A stretch of 64,000 nt of DNA from the human T2T-CHM13v2.0 reference genome, Homo sapiens: assembly GCF_009914755.1 (NCBI RefSeq), contig NC_060944.1; one strand, 5' to 3'. This document shows, one piece after another, positions 34,243 through 62,700 of the stretch. Within the stretch, counting starts at the first letter, position 1, and every line of letters starts with the position of its first letter. The notes under the pieces were generated by a model. It was not told the DNA's origin and searched no databases. It was given only the letters and a program-made list of their open reading frames with translations. The position numbers and the translations under genes were made by a program.

Positions 34243-36300
34243 TTAATTAATTAAATAAAGAGCATGTCTCCCACCCCAGGCCTAAGTTCTTCCCTCTATG
34301 AGAGACTACTTGCAGAAACCTGTGTTCTCACTCTTCCCCCTTCCTCACTTCATTCCCACACATTTCTTTTCCATCCCTGCGCACCAAGGTCACCTTGGTG
34401 CTAAACACCAGGGACCCATGGTCTCTTCCCCTTTGTGTCACAGGCTGTCCTCTGCCTCTTATCCTCACCCTTTAGCTGCTCCTCCACTGTCTCCTCTCTC
34501 AGAGGTCAGGATTCTGGATCTGTCTCTGTGGACCCTCAGCTCTCCTCCAATCCCAAGTCCCCCGCATCCTGGTCGCATGTCAGGGTGGTCCAGAGATGCC
34601 TGCCTCCCACTGCCCACACCCAGGGGCCCGCCCTCCTTTCCTCTAACCTTCCCACATACTCTGGCCCCATGGATCCACGGCAGTTCCTGCTGGCCCTTCT
34701 CCATTTTGTTCCTTATGCTGCACCCCTCTGCTGCCACTCCCTGCGTCCGTGACTCCAGCTCACTCGTCTCTGTCCTTCACCCAGGCCGCCTGCTCAGGGT
34801 TTGTGCCTCTCTGTGCTCCTGCAGCACCTGAGTGTTTATTCACCTCTGAACCTCTGCTTTCCCACCTGAGTACACGCAGCTCCTGGCTGCAGTGACTTCA
34901 TATCCTGAGGACTGGAGCTCCGTGGTGAACAGATGGCTTTCTATGTTCTAATGAGAGGGATACAAGAGTTCCACAGTTCTAGTCTGGAAAGGACCAAACA
35001 TTTCTTAAAAGCTAAGTATGTTGCCGGAAAAAAAAGGGAGCAGAGCTTTCCCCAGGAAGCTTGGCTCTGGTTTAGATTTTTCAGGAAAAGCCGGAATCAA
35101 ATTACAGAATAAATAAAGGCAACCATCCCCCTTTTAAAGGTACACCAGCCTTGGTGCATCTTTGAAGAAAGCATTCTGTAAACCCCAACCAGAACTAAAC
35201 TAGTACGTCGAACTCAGATTCATTTTCACTAAACCACAAGCAAATGTTTCCCTAAAAATCACCCAGTTAACAAAGTCCGCATATTTAAGCCAAAACAATT
35301 TAACTGAACAAATGGGCCACACGTTGATTTCCGGTCCCTGCTAATAAGTCAGTCTGGAAGTTCACAGGTGTGCCCATCCTGCCTTGGCTGCTGAAGTCCA
35401 GGTGTCTAGGGCTGACTGATGCCCATTATGCCTCCCCTCCCCCATCTTTGTCACAGGATTTGACGCACCAGCTCTCCAAATGACCCTGGCCCTCCCATTT
35501 GCTGTTCAGCCCAAGTGCGGAGATTGGCTATGAACCCTGTAAACAGGCCTCTGACCCCCAGAGGCTGATGGCTGGCCAAGGAAAGCTGAGCTGCTGACGC
35601 AGACTGGGAAGCAAGAGCCCACTTCCAGCAGCCCAGGCTAGCTGTGTCCAAATCCATGACTGGGGAGGGGTTAGAGCCTTGAGGGACAAAATTATTCTAC
35701 CTACCTAGGGAGACTGCACTGGCCCAACAGCTGGGCCCCATCTCATGGGCCCGCTTCTTCGCCAGGAGAGAAGCCACTCCGGGGTAGGTACTGCCCCACC
35801 CAAACCCAGCCATCTGGAGTGACCCAGCCCTGGTTCCCAGGTGTGTGGATGTGAATTGTCCCACCCAACCCACTCTACAGTGAGCAAACGGAAGCCCTCT
35901 GGGAGAGTGGTCACAGCCTCCCCTGTACCTCTGAACAGCCTGCCAGGCTCCCTACTCTTAGGCTTCCACTGTCCACCAGGGAAAGCCCTGAGCTGGGAGT
36001 TGGGGAGCCCCCAGGCATTGCCCCTGCCCAGGACACAATTCTCTTTTGGGATCAGGGAAGGCTGTGAGGGCTTTCTAGGTCTCAAGATCAGGAGCTTGAA
36101 GATGCAGCCTGGGAAGTGGGAAGGTGAGACCAGGACATAGGCCAGCCTAAAGCAAGAGTCCTGGGCCTGAAGGCTCCTGGGAAGGTGGTGGGGAGGGAGC
36201 ATGTGTCGGTGGCCTCAGGGCAGCAGCTGCCTGGTGAATGTTCATGGACTGGATGCTCTGGGAAGCGGGTTGGGTGGTGAGCTTCTCTCTTCCCCTCTGA

Positions 36301-36343
36301 AGACGTCACTGGAGTCTGGGGGTGGAGCTGCCTGGTCTATAAA
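36301..36343 (+). promoter_or_regulatory. GNRH2: GNRH2 core promoter: CRE-like AGACGTCA (36301-36308) and TATAAA (36338-36343)
   Basis: Both motifs are seen directly, spaced as expected upstream of a short first exon; an E-box CAGCTG lies at 36371-36376. Confidence 0.8.
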
Positions 36344-36367
36344 TCCTGGGGCCATCAGGCTAGGGTC

Positions 36368-36411
36368 CTGCAGCTGCCTGAAGGAGCCATCTCATCCACA
36401 GCTCTTCCTTG
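36368..36411 (+). other. GNRH2: GNRH2 non-coding exon 1 (start approximate)
   Basis: Starts about 30 nt after the TATA box and ends at the strong donor TTG/gtgagt; GnRH genes have a non-coding first exon. Confidence 0.75.
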
Positions 36412-37160
36412 GTGAGTGGGGAGCCTTCCCTAAGGGCTAGGACACCTGGACCAAGTTTCATCCTGGGCGTATGGTGTGCTGCTCCTCTTCCCCATTCCCA
36501 GGTGCCTCCACCCCTGAACCATGCCAGAGAAGTCCCCTTTTCCTCTCCTCTCCCCAACAGCTCTACCATCTATTCTTGTGCTTGTTGCCCCTGGCATGGG
36601 AGGGATAAGGGGTAGAAGCACTTGCCCCCATCAATACCACTCATCCATTCCACATCCCCAACTACTATGGAAGAGATACAGCAGGCCACGGAGAAAAGGG
36701 CAGAAGGCCTGCAACTCTGGTTCCCTAGCACTGGTGCTCCAAACACGCCTACATTGAGAACTCCCCTGACCATCCATCTATCCTCCCATCCATTGGCCTG
36801 AATTCAGGTCTCTGTTCCCCTCCAACTTTCTTCCACTTCTGGAAACTCCTTGAAGGAAAGATGGATGGACCTGGACAAGTGGGAGGGCCCTCAGAGCTGG
36901 CAAGGCAGGTAGCCTCTGTGCCCCAGGCTCAGGGAGAAGGCTCGTCCCCTGGAGCATCATCCCCTGCTGGGCCAGGATCCCCCAGGATCTGGACCCCTGT
37001 ATGCTTGGGATGAGGAGCGGTGGCAGAGAGGGAAGGGCATAAGGAGATACCAAAGCTGCCCCTGAGATGCCAGTTTTCCAAAGTGGCCCTGGAGGAAGTA
37101 GGGGGATGTGGGGGTGAGGTAAGTCTCCTTGAATGCTGTACCCTGTCCATTAGAGCAGCC

Positions 37161-37314
37161 ATGGCCAGCTCCAGGCGAGGCCTCCTGCTCCTGCTGCTGC
37201 TGACTGCCCACCTTGGACCCTCAGAGGCTCAGCACTGGTCCCATGGCTGGTACCCTGGAGGAAAGCGAGCCCTCAGCTCAGCCCAGGATCCCCAGAATGC
37301 CCTTAGGCCCCCAG
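37161..37314 (+). CDS. GNRH2: GNRH2 exon 2: signal peptide, GnRH-II decapeptide [10 protein letters not shown] (37230-37259), GKR amidation/cleavage site, start of GAP
   Basis: gccATGG Kozak context; Leu-rich signal peptide; exact GnRH-II sequence; CAG/gtgggt donor. Confidence 0.98.
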
Positions 37315-37424
37315 GTGGGTGTCTCCCAGCCTCATGGGGAGGAAGAAAGTGATGGCCGGGGGCTCCCCCACCCTCCTGGAGCCTGAGGTCGGGGTAGGGA
37401 GGACAGCATCAGTTCCCTTCTAAG

Positions 37425-37582
37425 GAAGGGCCCTGGACACTGCAGCAGGCAGCCCAGTCCAGACTGCCCATGGCCTCCCAAGTGATGCCCTGGCTCCCCT
37501 GGACGACAGCATGCCCTGGGAGGGCAGGACCACGGCCCAGTGGTCCCTTCACAGGAAGCGACACCTGGCACGGACACTGCTG
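37425..37582 (+). CDS. GNRH2: GNRH2 exon 3 (GAP; alternative in-frame acceptors start the exon at 37446 or 37449)
   Basis: ctaag/GA...CTG/gtgagt; reads [16 protein letters not shown]...RTLL in frame. Confidence 0.93.
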
Positions 37583-38431
37583 GTGAGTAGGGTGAGAGGT
37601 CCCCAGCATCAAGACCAGCCACTGGTCATCAGAGGCCATTGTGGCTTAGGGTTGGGTGCTGGGAGGGTGGGGAGAATGAAACACCACTGAGATGCCCCCT
37701 GCCACAGCACCCCCAGCCATTTCTCAGTGCCCCTACTGCACACAGCAGGGTGCTGTCTGCTATCCTTCCTATTTCCCAGGAGGATTCTAGACAATTTACA
37801 AAGCACTTGGGTTAAAGACCAAAGTCACTAGTAGACTAGAAGGAGATAATTGTTCTATAAGACAGTGGTGGCCATGGGATCCCACAGGCATCCTGACAAG
37901 CCAATGACTGTCTTGAGGTGGACAGACCCCAGGCCAGTGGAAAGAGGTGAGGGATGCAACCTCACTCAAACAGACAACAGGGCCAAGAGGACCAGGTGGT
38001 GACTGACATGTGCACTAGGAACATCTCAGGGACTGCAGAGCTCCCCAAGACCATAGCAGAAGACAGGCGTGGGGAAATGGTTTGCTACTGTTTTGCAAAT
38101 CAAACATTTACAGTGCATCAGGAGAGCCCGGTAACTAAAGAAGAAAGTGGTTAGTTCCTATGAGGCAATGTCTTACCGCCTGATTTGTGTGTATGTGCTG
38201 AGGTTTCTATGCGTCAGGCTTGTTTAGGGTGGACAAGAGGGCATGCCCAAGGGAGCTGGAGATCCCCACACTAGCTGGATCCTCAGGCTTCTACGGGAGG
38301 CGGGGGGCGTCCTGCTGTGGGAGGCCACATGGGGACTGGGGGGGACGAGAGGGGAGAGAACCAGGAAGATGGCAGCTCGGCGGTTACGAGACCAGTGTCC
38401 TGAGACATGACCGCCACCTCTCCCTCCGCAG

Positions 38432-38482
38432 ACCGCAGCCCGAGAGCCCCGCCCCGCCCCGCCATCCTCCAATAAAGTGTGA
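38432..38482 (+). CDS. GNRH2: GNRH2 exon 4 (TAAREPRPAPPSSNKV*); total precursor 120 aa
   Basis: ccgcag/ACC...TGA; 154+158+51 = 363 nt. Confidence 0.93.
   Translation, partial: TAAREPRPAPPSSNKV
38471..38476 (+). terminator. GNRH2: GNRH2 poly(A) signal inside the coding sequence (Asn-Lys codons)
   Basis: Only AATAAA between the exon 4 acceptor and the MRPS26 start; GU-rich sequence follows at about 38496-38535. Confidence 0.8.
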
Positions 38483-38802
38483 GGTTCTCCGAAGCTGTTG
38501 CGTCGAGTTCTGTCCTTCGTCCCCTCCCTGTCTTCCCCGCTGAGACCCTTCCCTGCGTGGGGGCTGGAGGGACGCGGGTCCGGCCCCGCGGGCGGGAGTA
38601 ACTAAGGGATGGCCCCGGGCCCTGGCGGGAAGGCCGGGCCAGAGCCTGGGGGCGGGATGCGGACGTCCGCAGGGTCGCCGCTTCGGTTCCAGAGGCCACA
38701 CGGCCGGGCGGGGCGTGAGGGACAGCCCGAGGACTACAGGTCCCAAGGTTCCCCGCGCCGCTTCCGGGGCACGGTGGCGTCCCGGCACCGCGGCCGCAGT
38801 GA

Positions 38803-39738
<936 letters not shown>

Positions 39739-39779
39739 TGATGAAGCCATGAAGGGTTAAGTATTTCAGGCTAGGATTA

Positions 39780-40160
<381 letters not shown>

Positions 40161-40480
40161 GTAATGGGGGGAAGGATGAGTTAGAGTGATTCAGAGGGGA
40201 CCACTGAGGGACGGATTTCACCTACCAGGACGTGAGATTTTCATAGCTGGCACTCGGGGCTATGGCTGAAGTGTCTGAGAAAAGAGGAACGTGGAAAAGC
40301 AACCTGATATCACTCCACTGGGAGGCCAGAGGGGCTCTCAAATAGGACCTGGGTTCCAGGCATGCTTCCCCAGGGAGAGCAGGAGCTGCTTTCTCAGTGG
40401 GGTGAGAGGCCAGCAGGCTGGGTGGGCTGGCTGGCATGTGCCCAAGGCTCCTGTTCAGCTGGGCTTTTCTCTCCCGATAG

Positions 40481-40615
<135 letters not shown>

Positions 40616-40685
40616 GGGCCCAGTAAGGACAGTGCCCGCCAGGGACCATGTATGTATCATGGCGGAAGAGTTGGCCCTGACCTGG

Positions 40686-40691
40686 AATAAA
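40686..40691 (+). terminator. MRPS26: MRPS26 proximal poly(A) signal
   Basis: AATAAA 70 nt after the stop codon. Confidence 0.7.
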
Positions 40692-40934
40692 GCAGTTGGT
40701 GTTGCTTATGAGGAAGGTTCAGCCTTATCCAGCACAGCCTTCACGTTTTGCCCTCTGCTGTCACCACTTGGTCAGAAACTTCCAAACGCAGTGCCCTGTT
40801 CTGCCGGTGTGTACAGCCTCAGCGCACCAGGAGACCCTAGAGTGGTTTCCATCTCACAGAGAATCAGACAGGGCCACAGCCCCCTCAGGCAGCCAGGTCA
40901 TCTGAGTATCATTAAGAGTAGTGATGGGAAGATT

Positions 40935-41112
40935 ACAGTCTGAGGGCCAAACGTGCCTGCTTCCTGTTTTTGTAAATAAAGTTTTGTTGGAACACAGCCA
41001 CACCCACTCATTGACTTCTTTTTACTACAGTGGCAAAGGTGAGTAGTTGCAACAGAGACCATATGAATCCCAAAGACTAAAATCTTTAACTTTTTACAGG
41101 AAAAGTGTAGTG
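40935..41112 (+). mobile_element. MER58-like hAT DNA transposon
   Basis: cctgtttttgtaaataaagttttgttggaacacagccac...gagtagttgcaacagagacc matches the recalled MER58A consensus. Confidence 0.75.
40975..40980 (+). terminator. MRPS26: MRPS26 distal poly(A) signal candidate (inside a MER58-like element)
   Basis: AATAAA preceded by TGTA and a T-rich tract. Confidence 0.6.
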
Positions 41113-41399
41113 ATCTCTCATCTGGAGCTTTAGGACTCTAGCCTGTGTCACCCAGGACCTGAGCCACAAGCTAACCATTGGCCAGGCGCCTGCCTCTGCT
41201 CTATACTGTGCTTTGCTGGCCAGAGTCTGGTGTATCCAAGACCCAGAAGGCAAAGAGGAGACCCCATTTTTTTCTGGGTTCCACAAAGAGGTTGTATTTT
41301 GCCTTACAGGTAATGAAGCCATGAAGAATTAAATATTCTAGGCTAGGATTAGCAGGTGTGTGACTTAAAAGCAGGGAGGCCATTAGGAGTGGGTCTCTC

Positions 41400-42920
<1,521 letters not shown>

Positions 42921-44046
42921 AAAACACCAGGGTCTCTTCAGATCCTTACCTCAAGTTCCTAGTAGGGCTTGGATCTGTTACAGACAATGAGCTCTGCAAG
43001 GTTTTAAGGGGGAGAGTTGCCAGAATCATGCTGCAGCCTGGACCACCAAGAGAATATCTTGCTCAAGGCTCCACTTGTGGGTGGTAGATTTGGGGTCTAG
43101 CTGGTAAATGCATTTGGAGCAGAACACCCAAATGTAAGTGCTTTCACTAAGATGGGAGGAGGTCCACCAGGCTTTGTGGGATAGACAGGATGGACCAGCA
43201 ATTTGTGAGTGGCAAGTTTTTCCCGAAGGACCCAATCAAGTATAGATGTTTTACCACGAAACGGGATTCTTGCCCCTTCCAGTTGTCTAGAATAAGCATG
43301 ATGTCAATGACTGGCCCCCGCATGTTGTCCTGGAGATGGGTGGTGTAGGTCTTGAGGATCTGGTTATGCAAAACTGTAGAGTTGTTAATCTCTCGGGCTG
43401 AATTGTGAAGGTGTGCTGCTTCTAGGTGAAGGCAAGCTGCTTATAGTGGTCCAGGTGGGTAGGACAAGAGAAGAATGCATTTGCCCAATTAATCTGTTCC
43501 ATCAAGGAGACCACCCTAGACGTCATTACACCTAAAGTCATTCCTCATATTTTTCCAACATACTCCAAATTTTCCGCATGGAACAATCACAGTTATCCAG
43601 TATTCCCTGAAATCTTTGGGAAATGTTACCTCCTGCACTTACCCTGTGGTTATTTCCCCAACTCTGACAAGTACGGAGTTGAAATGGACAACTAGGAAGG
43701 AAGGCCAGCTGACTGCTGAAATAAGAGCAACTTTGGCAGAAAGGGTTAAGTTTGGAATTATTTTTCTTTCCCAAATAGGAAGTCAAGAGTAATATTGCAA
43801 TCCCAAAAACCTGAGACAGGCAGGCCTAGCCATGATGCTGTCATTTCCCCTGTCAGGTGCTTTAGTGAATATTTCCTTAGTGCAGGTAGGCGCATAAACA
43901 ATATATGTGATGTTTTTATAAAGGGAACACTGCCAGAGTCAGCCTCATGGTTCAGTTTACAGGACCTCAAAGTCAAGAACTTGAAGAATCCCACCATAGT
44001 GCCACAAAAGGGCCCAGGAAAGTGACATTAAAAGGTCAGAGCTGTG

Positions 44047-52026
<7,980 letters not shown>

Positions 52027-52149
52027 TAAAGCTGGGGGAAAAAAACTGAAAAAATACTGGTCATGAATTATTTTTCTTTGGTGGGGCTACCATTCTCTCC
52101 CACTCCACTGGCTGTGTGGAAATAGCCCACACATCGGTTGCAGGTGCAG

Positions 52150-52795
52150 AGGACATCTGAGGACAGGCTCGCCCTGCCCACCACCATTGCCACTGGTGCC
52201 CGAGCATGCCTTCCAGGGCCTGGGGATCAATCCATCCTATCTGCCACTGCCAGTGCCCATGCACACCATCTGGGGGGCTGAAAACAGGCCTGCCCTGCCC
52301 TTCACCACCACCATTGCTGCCAGCACCTGTGCACATCATCCAGGGGCCTGAGATTCAATCTGCCCAGCCCACCACCATCACCACCCGTGTGCACCATCCA
52401 GGGGCCTAAGGGTCCCACCCTACCTACTGATGTCAATGCTAGTACCCATGCATGTCATCCAGGGGTCTGGGGGTTGACCTGCACTGTCAGCACACATGCA
52501 CGCCTTCCAGGGACCTGAGGATGGGCTCACCCCACCTACTGCTGCCGTCCATGTGTACTGTCCAGAGACCTAGGGATTGATCCACCCACTTCACTGCCAC
52601 TGGTGTGCATGCCACACATGCACACTGTCCAGGAGCCCAAGGACAGGTCCACCTTGCCTACCACTGATTCCTGTGTGCATCTCCCAGAGGCCCAGGCACT
52701 GGCCCACCCAGCCTGCTGCTGCCAGTCAGTACCAGCACGCCACCCAGGGGCCTGGGGACTGGCCCAAACAGATTGCTGTTACCACCACCCTGTCC
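52150..52795 (+). repeat. Degenerate tandem array of about 11 units of 48-70 bp with core ccaggggcctgRgga (probably the 5' region of an old L1)
   Basis: Core recurs at about 52157, 52213, 52270, 52340, 52398, 52459, 52507, 52562, 52629, 52684 and 52744; directly followed by L1 ORF2 sequence. Confidence 0.75.
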
Positions 52796-52799
52796 AAAA

Positions 52800-56782
<3,983 letters not shown>

Positions 56783-56981
56783 GGCCAGGCATAGCGGCTC
56801 ATGCCTGTAATCCTAGCACTTTGGGAGGCCAAGGCAAGCGGATTGTTTGAGCTCAGGAGTTCAAGACCAGCCTGGGCAACACGGTGAAACCCCCATCTCT
56901 ACAAAAAATGCAAAAATTAGCCAGGCATCGTGGCTCACATCTGTAATCACAGCTACTTTGTGGGCTGAGGCACAAGAATCA

Positions 56982-57260
<279 letters not shown>

Positions 57261-57264
57261 CTAC

Positions 57265-57971
57265 TGTAACCGCCCAACAGGTTCACCTTACCCACTGCCT
57301 AGACAGCCAATTTATCAGGACAGGGGAATTGCAATACAGAAAGAGTAATTCACTCAGAGCCAGGTGGGCAGGAGACAGAAGTTTCATTATTGCTCAAAAC
57401 AGTCTCTCTGAGCATTCAGGAATCAGAGTTTTTAAGAATAATGTGCTGGGTGGCGGGGCAGTCATTGGGTCAGGAGTGTTTATTGGCTGGGGTGGAGAAG
57501 AAGCTGTCCTCTTGCATTGAGTGAGTTCCTGGGTGGGGGCCACAATATCAGATGAGCCAGTTTATTGATCTGGGTGGTGCTAACTGATCCATAGAGTGCA
57601 GGTCTGCAAAATATCTCAAGCACTGATCTTAGGTTTGACAATAGTGATGCTATCCCCAGGAGCAATTTGGAGAGGGTCAGAATCTTCTAGCCTCCAGCTG
57701 CATGACCCCTAAACCATAATTTCTAATCTTGTGGCTAATATGTTAGTTCTACCAAGGCAGTCTAGTCCCCAGGCAAGAAGGAGGTTTGGTTTGGGAAAGG
57801 GCTGTTACTGCCTTTGTTTTAAACTATAAACTATGTACTAAGTTCATCCCAAAGTAAGTTCAGCCTACGCCCAGGATTGAACAAGGACAGCGTGGAGGTT
57901 AAAGCAAGATGGAACTGGCTAGGACAGATCTCTTTCACTGTCTCAGCTAGAATTTTGCATCGGTAGTTTCA
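57265..57971 (-). mobile_element. Solo LTR (LTR8-like, ERV1)
   Basis: TG...CA termini; 707 bp; 4-bp TSD ctac (57261-57264 and 57972-57975); tgtaaccgcccaacaggttcacctt end. Confidence 0.85.
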
Positions 57972-58651
57972 CTACTGATACACAAAATAACTTGGATGAA
58001 CCTCAGAACGCCAGACATAAATGATCAAGTACTGTATTGTTCCATTTAGGTGACATTTCTAGAAAAGGCAAATCTTTATCAGTGGTTTCCTGGGGGCTGG
58101 GGTGGGAGCCAGCAGTAAGGCAAATGGGCATGGGGGAACTTGACATGGGGATAGAGTATTCTAAAACTGGATTGTGGGAGTGGCTGGACAACTGTTTGAA
58201 TTTACCAAAAATCACCAAACAGTACGCTTAGAGTGCGTACAAATTACGATCTGTAAATTGCACTTCACTGGAGTTTTTTAAATAAAGAAGTTCAAGTTTC
58301 AGTCCCTCCCTTACATGTCCTTTGGCATCTGGCACACTTCCTCCTCCGTGAAACCCTGTCCTCAGACCCCTGCTTGTTTCCCCCTACCTTGCTTAGAGTG
58401 GGATCCTTGGTCCTCTTCTCCATCTGTCCTGCCCCAGGGTGATGTCACTCTGGTGGGGCCTTTAAATATTGGTACTGGCTGGGCGCGGTGGCTCACGCCT
58501 ATAACCCCAGCACTTTGGGAGGCCAAAGCAGGCAGACCACCTGAGGTCGGGAGTTTGAGACCTGCCCGACCAACATGGAGAAACCCTGTCTCTACTATAA
58601 ATACAAAATTAGCTGGGCGTGGTGGTGCATGCCTGTAATCCCAGCTACTCA

Positions 58652-58804
<153 letters not shown>

Positions 58805-58903
58805 CTAGACCTCTCTCCTGAACTCCAGACACACCTCCAAATGCCTGCTCAGGTTCTTCTTGGATGTGTAGCGGGCATCCCAAACATGACAGGTCCGCAC
58901 TGA

Positions 58904-59242
<339 letters not shown>

Positions 59243-59323
59243 TGACCCCCCAGTCTTGGCCTCCCAAAGTGCTGGGATTACAGGCATGAGCCACTACTCC
59301 TGGCCCAGAAATCTTTTTTTTGA

Positions 59324-59891
<568 letters not shown>

Positions 59892-60194
59892 TGATCCACC
59901 CACCTCAGCCTCCCAAAGTGCGGGGATAACAGGTGTGAGCCACCGCGCCTGGTTCCCCACAGTCTTGTCACAGCACTATATCCAAAGTTATCGTAAGCTG
60001 GCTCAGAACTCCCTCTCATTCCCCCATTTCATTTGGAGGAAAAGCCCAAGCCCTGTGAGGTGCAGTCCCACGTTACCTTTCCGATCTCGGGAGTTCAGTC
60101 ACTCTGCTCCAGGACCACTGGCCTCCTTGCTCCTTGAACATGCCAGGCACATTCCTGCCTCAGGACCTCAGCACTTGTCATTTCCTCCCCTCCA

Positions 60195-61526
<1,332 letters not shown>

Positions 61527-62274
61527 TCCCCTCAGATATCTGCATGGTTTATTTTCTCTTCTTCACAAAGAAGTCTACACTGACCACCCTCGGTGAAATC
61601 GCAACAGGCCTCCCTTTTATCTCTGTAGCACTTACTAATCTACTGCAATATGTATGTTGTTACTGAAGTATGTTTATTGTTTATACTTGTTTCCTAACTA
61701 ACTGAAATGTGTTTATTGTTTAACATCTCTCTTCCTCCACTAGAATATAAGCCCCATGAGGGCAGAGGTTTTTGTGTTTTGTTGCTGCTGTTTCCAGGCA
61801 TTTGTAATGGGACCCGGAGCATCTTCAGAAGAGGGGTTGTTGAACAGGTGAAGGGATGCAGCCCATCTGGGGGACATAATACTATGGTAATTTATGCACA
61901 TGTGTTAGCTTAAGTGAGGTCATCGTGCCCACAGAGCAGGTGAGAGACCTCTCTGGGCCACTGCTGCGTCAGGCCCTTGGACTTCTAGGCCCTGAATGCC
62001 AATAAGCTAATCTGGGTGAGAGAGGACTGGCTGCTGATTTGTAATGCAGGTCAGCCTGACCGGCTCCTGGGTGCTGGACAGCTCATGCCAGTGACTCATG
62101 CCAGTGACTAGGGTCAGATGAGCTCTGTGACCTGCTTGGCCCCATCAGCCTCTTCACCTTCCTCAACAAGAGGGCAGGAGAGTCTGGAGCTGTCCCGTTC
62201 TCTTCTCCCAGGGGTCGGGGACTGGCCCACCAGTGAGGCTGGTCTCTCACAGTGCTTCTCATTTCTTCCATTCT

Positions 62275-62700
62275 GCCTCAGGTTGGGTTCCCTACAGGTT
62301 GGGTTCCCTAGAGAGCAGACGGAGATGGTTTCACAAAGGGGGTTTTTATTACAGAAGGCCCTGGGGACCCACACCTTTGGGAGGGAGGGGTCAAAAATAG
62401 GAGTGAGCAGAGGGAGAACTGCTATGCAGACCACAGCTGACCCCATAGGGAGCTCTGGAGCCAAAATGCTCCTTCAGAGTTATCCTGCATTTGGGCCAAA
62501 ATGGACCAGTCATTGGATGCGGGCCACCTGGGAAGGGTGTGACCCTGGGCCAGGCAGCTCTCTGCAGCTGAAGCAGGCTCTCGAGGAGCTACCCCTGAGG
62601 GCCACCTGCAGAGGGCACTCCCAGCAGCTGGGTGGCAGGTGCTTTCACAAAGGGAGAGTTGAGCAGCGCCTTTCCTTTCTTGTTCATGATATCTACCAAT
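62275..62700 (-). mobile_element. Old ERVL-type LTR (LTR16/LTR33-like)
   Basis: caggttgggttccct...agcagac and gaccccatagggagctctggagc resemble the recalled consensus. Confidence 0.45.

Noticed and set aside
35000-35350. Cluster of CCGGAA ETS-like motifs about 1.2 kb upstream of GNRH2
   Set aside because: Short motifs with no further sequence support; an enhancer cannot be called from sequence alone.
37020-37160. N-terminal extension of GNRH2 in the ORF track
   Set aside because: Starts at a GTG inside intron 1; the real start is the Kozak ATG at 37161.
52150-52795. Repeat-spacer appearance suggesting a CRISPR-like array
   Set aside because: Eukaryotic DNA; cores are degenerate, the spacers are homologous to each other, there are no cas genes, and it adjoins L1 sequence.
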